Source: Clostridia bacterium
GTDB lineage: Bacteria > Bacillota > Clostridia > Oscillospirales > CAG-272
Length of the DNA stretch: 64,000 nucleotides
NCBI GenBank assembly: GCA_017451735.1
Contig: JAFTNU010000005.1
Location: 2,611-66,610, forward strand
Direction: 5' to 3'
Part shown: positions 46,184 through 54,905 of the stretch, one piece after another
How the letters are laid out: each line of letters starts with the position of its first letter
Numbering within the stretch: position 1 is the stretch's first letter
Position numbers and translations under genes: made by a program
The notes under the pieces: generated by a model
Database searches by the model: none
The model's input: only the letters and a program-made list of their open reading frames with translations
Told to the model about the DNA's origin: nothing

Positions 46184-47267
46184 GAAATTACCGATTTATT
46201 TCTACGTTTTTTGCGGTATATTCGCAGTTGCCCTGATCTTGTATTTGATCGCTGTCATCAGCCCCGCTTTTGCTAACGGCTACAATAGCACCGTGGGTGC
46301 CGCTGTGCGTGCCGCTTTGGCGCATTTAACCTCATGGATCCCCTTTTCGCTGGCCGAAATATTGATCTATGCCATTCCGCTTCTCATTATCGCTGTGGCG
46401 ATTTATGCTTATCGGTGCCGCTGCAACAGCTGGCGCAGTGTGTTGGTATATATCGGATGTCTGATATCCGTGTTCAGTATTCTGTTTTCTCTTTTTGTGT
46501 TCGGCTTTGGCATCGGTTATCATACCGAAACCCTTGATCGGCGGTTGGGAATGGAAACCGGGGCGGTGAGTGCCGATGACCTTTACCATACCGCCTATTG
46601 GTTGGTGGAAGAGGTGAATACAGCGGCAGACGGGGTCAGCTTTGGTGAGGACGGCTTTTCCTTGATGCCGTATGAGATAGACGAAATGAATGATCGTCTG
46701 CTGGACGCCTTCGATCCCATCTGTGATGCGTACCCGTTTGTGCAGCGCCTGGATAGCGACATCAAGCCCGTTCTGGCAAGCAAGCTGATGTCCTATACCC
46801 ATATCACGGGGGTTTACACCTACTTCACCGGTGAAGCCAACCTGAATGTGGCCTTTCCCGATTATACTCTGCCGTTTACTGCCGCCCATGAGTTGGCTCA
46901 TCAGCGGGGGATCGCCCGGGAGAATGAGGCCAATTTCGTGGCCTTTCTGGTGACGTCTTCCTGTGAGGATCCTTATATTCGTTATACTGCCTATCTCAAT
47001 CTTTTTGAGTATGTGGCCAATGCGCTCTATCGGGCAGACAGTGCACGTTATGCTGAAATCCTCGGCATGCTGGACGATCGTGTCGTGGAGGAGCTGCGTG
47101 CTTATTCGGCCTTTTTTGACACCTATCGCGATTCGGTTGCCGCTGATGTTTCGGATGCGGTGAATGACACCTATCTCAAACTTCACGGCAATACGGCGGG
47201 GACCGCCTCCTACGGGCTTGTGGTAGACCTTGCTGTGGCGTACTGCCGCCTGCTTCAGGCACGATAA
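46143..47267 (+). CDS. DUF3810-family membrane protein (putative Zn-metallopeptidase fold, HExxH)
   Basis: N-terminal TM helices and AAHELAHQRGIARENEANF. TTG start lies 9 nt after GGGAGG. Overlaps the preceding gene by 41 nt. Confidence 0.7.
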   Translation: MPKKNVAKRVRNYEKLPIYFYVFCGIFAVALILYLIAVISPAFANGYNSTVGAAVRAALAHLTSWIPFSLAEILIYAIPLLIIAVAIYAYRCRCNSWRSVLVYIGCLISVFSILFSLFVFGFGIGYHTETLDRRLGMETGAVSADDLYHTAYWLVEEVNTAADGVSFGEDGFSLMPYEIDEMNDRLLDAFDPICDAYPFVQRLDSDIKPVLASKLMSYTHITGVYTYFTGEANLNVAFPDYTLPFTAAHELAHQRGIARENEANFVAFLVTSSCEDPYIRYTAYLNLFEYVANALYRADSARYAEILGMLDDRVVEELRAYSAFFDTYRDSVAADVSDAVNDTYLKLHGNTAGTASYGLVVDLAVAYCRLLQAR

Positions 47268-47390
47268 CCGAAAGCCCCGCTATTCCATTTGCAAGCTCGC
47301 CCGAGCTTACCTTCAAACCGTGTACCATCCTTGCTACCGGTGCATATACTGCTCCCGAAGGACTTTTTCGTTCGAATGGGGGATCGGAAT

Positions 47391-48650
47391 ATGAATAAAA
47401 TCGTAGTCAACGGGGGGAGACGGCTTTCGGGCGAAGTGGTGATCGGAGGCAGTAAAAATGCGGCACTGCCTCTGTTGTTTGGCGGTATCGCCACGGGTGA
47501 GGTCTGCATTTTTTCCAATCTGCCTCGGGTGAGTGACGTATTACAAACCCTTGAAATATTGAAGTTTCTCGGTGCGCGCATCCGTTTCCTGCCCGGCGGA
47601 GATGTACGGGTGGATTACAGTGCCGTGCAATCCGGGCGGGCACCCGTGGCACTGACTGCGTCGATTCGCGGCTCCACATATCTGTTGGGCTCCATGCTGG
47701 CGCGCTTTGGCAGAGCCGAGCTTGCCGCCGCCGGCGGGTGTGATTTCGGCTCCCGCCCCATTGATCAGCATCTCATGGGATTTGAATGTCTGGGGGCCAA
47801 GGTGAGCAGTAACGCAGACGGTGTGGTGGTGGAGGCGCCGAACGGCCTTTGCGGTACGGTTATCCGCCTTGCCATGCCATCGGTGGGGGCTACTGCCAAT
47901 CTGATGATCGCGGCCTCCATGGCCCGCGGCGAGACCGTGATCGAGAACGCCGCCGCCGAGCCCCATGTGGCGGCGCTTGCCGCCTTTCTTTGCGATGCGG
48001 GGGCCGAGATAACAGGCGTTGGCAGTGATCGGATCCGCATCGTCGGGCAACCGGAATTGCACGGTACCCGCAATGTGATCATTCCCGATATGATCGAGGC
48101 GGGAACTTATCTCTGTGCCGGAGTTGCCTGTGGCGGCCCCGTGCGGGTAAGGGCGGTTTGTCCCTCCCATCTGCACCCTTTGCTGAATGCCTTTCGTGAG
48201 ATGGGAGTAAAGGTTGAAACAGGGGAGCATCATGTCACGGTCACGGCCGCCGAGCCCTATCAAAACATTTCGGTGGTGACAGGCCCCTTTCCCGCTTTTC
48301 CCACTGATCTGCATCCCCAGATGACGGCGCTTTTTGCTCTTGGCGGACGCGCCGAAGGAGAAGGAGCGGTGACCGAGCTGGTTTGGGAATCCCGTTTCCG
48401 CTATACGCAGGAGCTGTGCCGCATGGGGGCGCGGATCGATATCGCGGATCGGTGTGCCCGCATTACACCGCAAGCACTGCATGCGGCCAAATTGCGTTCT
48501 CCCGATCTGCGGGGCGGTGCGGCCTTACTTCTTGCCGCTCTTGCCACAAAAGGGAAAAGCGAGATTACCAATGCCGCTACCATAGGCCGCGGCTATGAGC
48601 ATCTGGAGCAGAAGCTCCGCGCCCTCGGCGCCCACATCAGCGTTTCTTAG
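47391..48650 (+). CDS. murA: UDP-N-acetylglucosamine 1-carboxyvinyltransferase
   Basis: VVNGGRRLSGEVVIGGSKNAALPLL, the active-site C115-equivalent region GGCDFGSRPIDQH, and FPTDLHPQM. Confidence 0.95.
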   Translation: MNKIVVNGGRRLSGEVVIGGSKNAALPLLFGGIATGEVCIFSNLPRVSDVLQTLEILKFLGARIRFLPGGDVRVDYSAVQSGRAPVALTASIRGSTYLLGSMLARFGRAELAAAGGCDFGSRPIDQHLMGFECLGAKVSSNADGVVVEAPNGLCGTVIRLAMPSVGATANLMIAASMARGETVIENAAAEPHVAALAAFLCDAGAEITGVGSDRIRIVGQPELHGTRNVIIPDMIEAGTYLCAGVACGGPVRVRAVCPSHLHPLLNAFREMGVKVETGEHHVTVTAAEPYQNISVVTGPFPAFPTDLHPQMTALFALGGRAEGEGAVTELVWESRFRYTQELCRMGARIDIADRCARITPQALHAAKLRSPDLRGGAALLLAALATKGKSEITNAATIGRGYEHLEQKLRALGAHISVS

Positions 48651-48708
48651 GGAATAAAATTCCTGGCTATGCGGGTGATCTTTATTTGCTGACGCGAAAA
48701 GCCTTACG

Positions 48709-48755
48709 CACCTTCCCCCAGGGGAAGGTGGCAGGCGGAGCCTGGCGGATGAGGA
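48709..48755 (+). repeat. Double-hairpin intergenic repeat, copy B
   Basis: CACCTTCCCC-ca-GGGGAAGGTG, then G, CAGGC-gga-GCCTG and GCGGATGAGGA. Confidence 0.6.
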
Positions 48756-48815
48756 GAGTCGGCTGTGGCAGCATGGAACGGATTAATTATCATTAATTTG
48801 TCTTTTGACAAATAG

Positions 48816-48851
48816 CAAAAAGCCAAGATTTTACTGAAATCTTGGCTTTTT
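48816..48851. terminator. Bidirectional terminator-like hairpin in the murA / DUF4091 convergent gap
   Basis: AAAAAGCCAAGATTT / AAATCCTTGGCTTTTT, a 10-bp stem with one bulge, flanked by A5 and T5. Confidence 0.6.
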
Positions 48852-49038
48852 GCTGTGTTTTGATAAAAAACGGGGCAATAATAAGAATTATGAAATTCAA
48901 AAATGGAATAATCGGTTCGAAAATTGGAAAAATGATCAAATAATATGGAATTAGTATTTTGCGTCGGTACAATACCTATCCTGTCGGAAGCTGCTGACAA
49001 TCCATAGAGAAATTATTCGGGATTCGTGATCTCCGTAC

Positions 49039-50679
49039 TTATTCGTGCTTTGCTGCCATGCGGTTGATCTCTTCACGCAGGTCGAGTATTTTTTTTGCAT
49101 CGGTGGAATAATGCTTGAAATCGGTGATATCGGCCCGCTCGATCGCGGCGATGACGGTCTCTCGCCCCACTTTTTCCTCAGCCAGTGCCATGGCGCGCAT
49201 ATCGAACAGTGCCTGCTCGAACAGAGCGGAGCGCAGGGAGGTCAAGGGCGTACCGTCCGGTGCGGGGTAGACCGTAAAGGTGTCGCCTGCGGGAGCAAAA
49301 TAGTCGCCGTCGGTGACCACGTAAGGATCGACCGGCGCAATTGAGCGGCGGTTGTAATAAAAATTGTAAGCCCAGTGCAAAAAGCCCGTTACCCCTGCCC
49401 GATACATTTGCGCGCCGATCACGCGGGTGCGGTTTCCGGTCATGGCGATAAAGCGGTTGGAGCAGGTGTGACCGGGGGAGCAGCAATAGTAGACCCAAAG
49501 ATCGGGGACCTTTTTGGCCACGAATTCGTCGGCAGTCTTGACGGTGGGAATGGGCTGGGTCACGATTCCTTTTTCGTAAAATTCATAATGAGAAAGCGCG
49601 TCTCTGACGGGATGGTCGCAGATCAGATCCCAAACCGCATCCCGTGCTTTTTTGTAGCTTTCCAGATTTTTCTCATTCGGTTCATCCGAAACATGGAAGA
49701 AATAGCGGTCGCGGTAGCCGAATTCATCCAGCTTTTTCTTAAGGGCGGGGAGAAAAACCCTCAAAAATCCGATATAGTCCTCGCCGATGGCCTCGGTCTC
49801 CCAGCCGAAAATACGCTTATACTCGCCGTCTACCGTCGCCATAATCTTGGGGGCGTGCTCGGCACCCCATTGGGTAAACAGATGGGCAATCTCCAGCTGC
49901 TCCACACCGATGCGTCGGCACATCTCGCAAAAGCGCTTCAACTTTGCAAAGCCGAAGGCGTATTTGCCATTCTTGACCTTGATATCCACCAATTGGACCG
50001 TGGGGCGTTCACCGCCTACCTCGGTGTCAAGCGGCGGGGTAAATACAGGGGTCAGAATGGCATTTACGCCGGTCTTGACAGCCGTTTTCATAAAGCTCTC
50101 AATGATCTCCCAATGCCGCTCGGAGAAAACCTCCACATGATAATAAGTGGCCAGGCAGTCGTAATGGAACCACTGGGTATAGGTGATGGTCTGCTCGGGG
50201 ATTCGTGCGGACAGGACCTCCACTGTTATGGTCGCCGAGAGCGTCTCTTCGGGATTCTTTGCCGCGAGCTCCACCGTAACGGGATAGAAGCCTGCCGCCA
50301 GAGTATCGGGAACATTCAGCTCGAAGTAAAGCTGACCTGCAAGACCTTGTTGGAGATAAACCGTATCGGTGGGACGGAGCAGATCGGGATAGAGCCCCGG
50401 CTCATGGCCGATATAATCCCCGTCAAAGGCATCGGGGTAGTGGGGCAGGCGTACCGGCACTTGCTCTACGGCGTAGACCGTGATATAGGGGGCCAGCTCC
50501 GATTTGACCGTGATTTTTGCGCGAACACCCTTGCTTGACTGCAATCCTACCGCATCATAGACGGCCGAAAAATACAGACGATCGCCCAAAAGTGCGGTGG
50601 CATTTTCGTATGCGGGAAAGTAAGCGGCCTTATCGGTCAGACGCGCCTTGCAAAGAGAAGATACGATCCTGAAATTCAT
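49039..50679 (-). CDS. DUF4091-domain protein (GH123-like putative glycoside hydrolase)
   Basis: 546-aa soluble protein. The central region HVSDEPNE ... WVYYCC ... FLHWAYNFY matches my recollection of the DUF4091 family. RBS AAGGAGGA. Confidence 0.7.
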   Translation of the reverse strand: MNFRIVSSLCKARLTDKAAYFPAYENATALLGDRLYFSAVYDAVGLQSSKGVRAKITVKSELAPYITVYAVEQVPVRLPHYPDAFDGDYIGHEPGLYPDLLRPTDTVYLQQGLAGQLYFELNVPDTLAAGFYPVTVELAAKNPEETLSATITVEVLSARIPEQTITYTQWFHYDCLATYYHVEVFSERHWEIIESFMKTAVKTGVNAILTPVFTPPLDTEVGGERPTVQLVDIKVKNGKYAFGFAKLKRFCEMCRRIGVEQLEIAHLFTQWGAEHAPKIMATVDGEYKRIFGWETEAIGEDYIGFLRVFLPALKKKLDEFGYRDRYFFHVSDEPNEKNLESYKKARDAVWDLICDHPVRDALSHYEFYEKGIVTQPIPTVKTADEFVAKKVPDLWVYYCCSPGHTCSNRFIAMTGNRTRVIGAQMYRAGVTGFLHWAYNFYYNRRSIAPVDPYVVTDGDYFAPAGDTFTVYPAPDGTPLTSLRSALFEQALFDMRAMALAEEKVGRETVIAAIERADITDFKHYSTDAKKILDLREEINRMAAKHE

Positions 50680-50795
50680 ATTTCGTCCTCCTTTTGGTGG
50701 TTGATTTCATTATAACGCGCCGTATGGCCGTTGTAAATATCATTTTGGACACAAAAAGTATGAAAACGGTCATCTTAAAAATTTTTTGAGATACC

Positions 50796-50824
50796 TTGAC
50801 AGGCGAGGTATCTTGTGATATGAT
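50796..50824 (+). promoter_or_regulatory. Promoter of the padR operon with an overlapping inverted repeat
   Basis: TTGACA (50796-50801), 17-nt spacer, TGaTATGAT (-10 at 50819-50824). The inverted repeat GATACCT-N9-AGGTATC (50790-50812) spans the -35. Confidence 0.6.
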
Positions 50825-50845
50825 AGTATCGGGGAGGTGAAGCTG

Positions 50846-51196
50846 ATGTCAATTGCATCGGATCTGATCCGCGGTCATACCGATACCATTATCCTGGGGC
50901 TTCTTGCAGTCGGGGATAGCTACGGTTACCGCATCAATAAAGCCATACGCACCGCCACCGATGGGGAATATGAATTGAAAGAGGCCACGCTCTACACCGC
51001 CTTTCGGCGCCTGGAGGATGCGGGATGTATCCGTTCCTATTGGGGAGATGAGGAAAGCGGTGCCCGCCGCCGTTACTATGCGATAACCGATCGGGGCAGA
51101 GAGGTTTACCGGCAGTCGCTTCTGGAATGGGAGCGCGCCAACCGCTTGATCGACAAGCTGATTCGTCCGTTTGGTGAGAACGGGGAGGGAAAATAG
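50846..51196 (+). CDS. PadR-family transcriptional regulator
   Basis: IILGLLAVGDSYGYRINKAI...EATLYTAFRRLEDAGCIRSYWGDE...RRRYYAITDRG. The ATG at 50846 follows GGGGAGGTGA. Confidence 0.9.
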   Translation: MSIASDLIRGHTDTIILGLLAVGDSYGYRINKAIRTATDGEYELKEATLYTAFRRLEDAGCIRSYWGDEESGARRRYYAITDRGREVYRQSLLEWERANRLIDKLIRPFGENGEGK

Positions 51197-52957
51197 ATGA
51201 AAAACAATCTGAAAAATTATCTGCAATCGCTCTTTTCGGGTGCACCGCACAACAGTGCAAACGATGCGCTTTTTGAAGAGCTTTACGGAAATTTGTGCGA
51301 CCGTTATGACGAATGGATCGCAGAGGGACTTTCCGAGGAAGAGGCGTATGCCCGCGCCGTCGGCGAGGTGGGAGATATCCGTCCCTTGATCGATTGGCGG
51401 GGAGCCTATCGATCGGCACAGGATCAAGGGCAAACACCGCCACATGGCAGTGGGGCGTCATTCGCCCCGCCGCCCGCAACCCGCAAGGAGAGCAAAAAGC
51501 GGCGCCTTCCTCCTGCGGAATTGCGTCGTGCCAAGCACATCCGAGCGTGGTCGCTGGCGCTTGCTGTTATGCTCTATATCGTCTGGCTGGTTCCTGTCAT
51601 ACTTTGGGAGGCGGTCGGTGCGTTGTTTATCTGCGTGGCGGCGGGTACAGTCATTATAGTGCTTTCCAACACCCGTATACCCACTTTTTTGGATGACAGC
51701 AAAATCACCTACGATCAAAATACGCTGAATGCCGACAGTCGCACCGTCGATCTTTTAACGGCATTCGGCATCGCCTGTTGCATCCTGTGTATTCTGCCCG
51801 CGGCTCTGATGGACAATGAGTGGGGCGCGGCGCTGATGTTTGTCGTTGTGGCGATCGGCGTGGGGATGATCCTGCTCGCGTCTGGCATCCGCCCCCGTGC
51901 TCCCCAAAATGTCGATCGGGAAGCGTACGCGGCACAGACTGTATCCGATTTTTCGACGGAGCCTCAAAAGCGCCGCAACCGTTGGCTGCTACCCGTGATC
52001 CTTGTGGCTGTGGTTGCCGTCATCTCCTGTGTCATCTGGCTTTGCATCAGCTATGACTTTGAATTCGGATTTTTCTGTGATGACGATACCTTCACCTCTT
52101 ATACCGAGGTCGGAAACGGGGAAGTGACCGAAAAGGTCGATACGTTGTCAATTTATTGGTACGCGGGCAGCGTGAATATCCGGGTTTATGACGGAGAAAA
52201 TATTTCTATTACCGAGACCGTCGGAAACGGAACGGTGTTAAAGGAGGAAGAGCAGATCCGTTGGGGCGTTCATGACGGCAAACTTTCTATCCGCCATAAC
52301 GAGCTCAAGAAGCTCTGCTTCCACTGGGGCAAGCGTCCCGAAAAGCAGCTGACCGTACTGATCCCGCAAGGCATGGCCCGGGCCCTGTATGCGATAGAAG
52401 TAACAAGTGTCTCGGCACCCATCACGGCCGAGGGGATCGGGGTCAGCGCCCACATGGAGCTTGACAGTACATCGGGCCGTATTTCATTGACCGATGTAAC
52501 GGCCAATCGGTTGGAGATCGATACGGTTTCCGGTGAGATTTCTCTTTACCGCACAACGGTGCATACAAGCACCGAAATTGATACCGTCAGCGGGTATATC
52601 GGTGCCTCGGAGGTTGTCTTGGGTAATCTTGGTATCAGTAGCGTCAGCGCCGATATTTCGGTATTCAATGCCAATATGAGCTCCGTGGAGATCGATACCA
52701 CCAGCGGAAATACCACACTTCATATTCTCTCACTGACTGCAAGAGTCATCGAGTGTGACAGCGTCAGCGGCAGCATCTGTTTGCAATTACCCCCGGAATG
52801 GGGTGGATTTACCGTGAATTACGATTCGGTCAGCGGCACTTTTGACAGCGATTTTGCGACCGTTGAGCGTGGCGAGCTTCGCGAATACGGCGATGGCTCC
52901 ACGCGGATTGAGGTCGATACCACCAGCGGAAGTCTCAGCATCAGACAACAACCATAA
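51197..52957 (+). CDS. Membrane protein with a PadR-associated N-terminal helical domain, multiple TM helices and a C-terminal DUF4097 beta-helix repeat
   Basis: At least 7 repeats of the D-[TS]-[VT]-SG-x-[IL] motif (DTVSGEISLY, DTVSGYIGAS, DTTSGNTTLH, DSVSGSICLQ, DTTSGSLSIR). The start abuts the padR stop. Confidence 0.75.
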   Translation: MKNNLKNYLQSLFSGAPHNSANDALFEELYGNLCDRYDEWIAEGLSEEEAYARAVGEVGDIRPLIDWRGAYRSAQDQGQTPPHGSGASFAPPPATRKESKKRRLPPAELRRAKHIRAWSLALAVMLYIVWLVPVILWEAVGALFICVAAGTVIIVLSNTRIPTFLDDSKITYDQNTLNADSRTVDLLTAFGIACCILCILPAALMDNEWGAALMFVVVAIGVGMILLASGIRPRAPQNVDREAYAAQTVSDFSTEPQKRRNRWLLPVILVAVVAVISCVIWLCISYDFEFGFFCDDDTFTSYTEVGNGEVTEKVDTLSIYWYAGSVNIRVYDGENISITETVGNGTVLKEEEQIRWGVHDGKLSIRHNELKKLCFHWGKRPEKQLTVLIPQGMARALYAIEVTSVSAPITAEGIGVSAHMELDSTSGRISLTDVTANRLEIDTVSGEISLYRTTVHTSTEIDTVSGYIGASEVVLGNLGISSVSADISVFNANMSSVEIDTTSGNTTLHILSLTARVIECDSVSGSICLQLPPEWGGFTVNYDSVSGTFDSDFATVERGELREYGDGSTRIEVDTTSGSLSIRQQP

Positions 52958-52966
52958 TTGTGAGCA

Positions 52967-52998
52967 AGCGCGTCTGCACTCATTTGTGCGGACGCGCT
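52967..52998 (+). terminator. Terminator-like hairpin after the DUF4097 gene
   Basis: AGCGCGTCTGCAC / GTGCGGACGCGCT, a 13-bp stem with one mismatch. The T tract is weak. Confidence 0.5.
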
Positions 52999-53010
52999 CT
53001 GATTTGCCCC

Positions 53011-53039
53011 TTGCCTTATTGGATAAAATGTGTTATAAT
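53011..53039 (+). promoter_or_regulatory. Promoter of the ThDP-enzyme/SDR pair
   Basis: TTGCCT (53011-53016), 17-nt spacer, TGtTATAAT (-10 at 53034-53039). Confidence 0.55.
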
Positions 53040-53068
53040 GATAATATAATCACTTTTGGAGGATCATT

Positions 53069-54901
53069 ATGAAACAACGACTTGCGGACTATGTCGCCGA
53101 TTTCCTGGCCGGAAAGGGCGTGACCGATGTGTTTTCGGTGGTGGGCGGCGGTGCTATGCACCTGAACGACGCACTGGGCCATCACGATGCCTTGACGGTG
53201 ACCTACAACCATCATGAGCAGGCTTGCGCCATTGCGGCGGAGGCGTATGCCCGACTGGAAAATAAGATCGCGGCGGTCTGTGTGACCACCGGCCCCGGCG
53301 GGACTAACGCGCTGACCGGTGTTTTAGGCGGATGGCTGGATTCCATCCCCATGTTCATCATCAGCGGACAGGTACGCTATGATACCACCGCCCGCTATGC
53401 ATTGCAGTTTACCGGGGAGCCCTTGCGCGCCATGGGCGATCAGGAGTATGATATCGTGAAATCGGTCACTCCCATGACCAAATATGCCACCATGATCGAG
53501 GATCCCAAGGATATTCGCTACGCCCTGGAAAAGGCGTGGCATCTGGCGACCACGGGGCGCCCCGGTCCCGTCTGGATCGATATTCCCGTCAATTTTCAGG
53601 GCGGTTACATCGAGACCGATGATCTGCGGGGCTACGATCCCGCCGAGGATGATGCCAAGCTGCCTCCCGCCGTCACCGACGAGGTCATCTCTGCGGTTTT
53701 GGAGAAAATTCGCAACGCAAAGCGCCCCGTGTTCCATGCGGGCTACGGCATCCGCCTGTCAGGGGCTTACGACGCCTTCCGTTCGGTGCTGGAGAAGCTG
53801 AATATCCCCGTGGTCACCTATTGGAACGCCGTGGATCTCATTGAGGACGAGCATCCCCTCTATTGCGGCAGAGCAGGGAATATGGGTGACCGTCCCGGCA
53901 ACTGGGCGATCCAGAATGCCGATCTCATCCTTGCCGTGGGAACGCGCATTTCGATCCGTCAAGTGGGGTATAACTGGAAGACCTGGGCCCGTGAGGCCGA
54001 GGTCATTATGGTGGATATCGACAAGGCCGAGCTGAAAAAGCCCACCTTACACGTGGAGATGCCCGTGTGGGCCGATGCCAAGGATTTTCTCACCAAGCTG
54101 AATGCGGCGGCAGAGGAGCGGGTCAGCGCGGGCGGCCTTTGGAACGAAACCTGCGCCCGTTGGAAGCGAGAGTATCCCGCCGTGCTTCCGCGTCAGTGGG
54201 AGGAGAACGGCTCCACTGCCAATGTGTATGCCTTTGTCCGCTACCTCAGCAGTCGCCTGCCGGAAAACAGCCTGACCGCCGTTTCCAACGGTGCCTGTTG
54301 CGTGGTAGGCAACCAGGCTTATGTCATTCAAAAAGGTAGCCGTATGGCGAATAACAGTGCCGTTGCCAGTATGGGCTACGGGTTGCCCGCCGCCATCGGC
54401 ACCTGCATCGGCGGCGGCAGAAGAACCACGATCTGTCTGGAGGGCGACGGCTCGATCATGATGAATCTGCAGGAATTGCAGACGGTGCTCACCAACAAGC
54501 TCCCCATTAAGATCTTTCTGATCAACAATAACGGCTATCATTCGATCCGCATCACCCAGACCAATCTTTTTTCCAATCACTGCAAGGTGGGCATTGGCGA
54601 GGAATCGGGTGACCTTTCCTTCCCGAAATTCGAATTGCTCGCCAAGGCCTTCGGTTACCCCTATTACAGCGCTCACAGTAACGCCGAGATGAAAACGGTG
54701 GTGGATGAGGTGCTTGCCGCCGACGGCCCTGTCTTCTGCGAAATCTTTACCGATACTGCCCAGGTCTGGGAGCCCAAGAGCAGTACCAAACGACTGCCCG
54801 ACGGAACTCTGGTTTCTCCTCCTCTTGAGGATCTGGCCCCCTTCCTGCCGCGCGAGGAGCTGAAGGCCCAGATGTTCATTCCCATGATGCCCGAGGAATA
54901 A
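53069..54901 (+). CDS. Thiamine-diphosphate-dependent enzyme of the acetolactate-synthase/YerE-like family
   Basis: N-terminal pyrimidine-binding domain (VTTGPGGTNALTG) and ThDP motif GDGSIMMNLQELQT...INNNGY. The C-terminal tail VWEPKSSTKRLPDGTLVSPPLEDLAPF is typical of the sugar-cluster subgroup. Confidence 0.8.
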   Translation: MKQRLADYVADFLAGKGVTDVFSVVGGGAMHLNDALGHHDALTVTYNHHEQACAIAAEAYARLENKIAAVCVTTGPGGTNALTGVLGGWLDSIPMFIISGQVRYDTTARYALQFTGEPLRAMGDQEYDIVKSVTPMTKYATMIEDPKDIRYALEKAWHLATTGRPGPVWIDIPVNFQGGYIETDDLRGYDPAEDDAKLPPAVTDEVISAVLEKIRNAKRPVFHAGYGIRLSGAYDAFRSVLEKLNIPVVTYWNAVDLIEDEHPLYCGRAGNMGDRPGNWAIQNADLILAVGTRISIRQVGYNWKTWAREAEVIMVDIDKAELKKPTLHVEMPVWADAKDFLTKLNAAAEERVSAGGLWNETCARWKREYPAVLPRQWEENGSTANVYAFVRYLSSRLPENSLTAVSNGACCVVGNQAYVIQKGSRMANNSAVASMGYGLPAAIGTCIGGGRRTTICLEGDGSIMMNLQELQTVLTNKLPIKIFLINNNGYHSIRITQTNLFSNHCKVGIGEESGDLSFPKFELLAKAFGYPYYSAHSNAEMKTVVDEVLAADGPVFCEIFTDTAQVWEPKSSTKRLPDGTLVSPPLEDLAPFLPREELKAQMFIPMMPEE

Positions 54902-54905
54902 GTGT

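Noticed and set aside
48890-48943. A 17-codon ORF (MKFKNGIIGSKIGKMIK) in the AT-rich patch, and the 98-aa minus-strand ORF at 48704-49000.
   Set aside because: No Shine-Dalgarno sequence is present. The 98-aa ORF runs through a terminator hairpin and a repeat element. The micro-ORF is mentioned only as part of the AT-rich patch finding.
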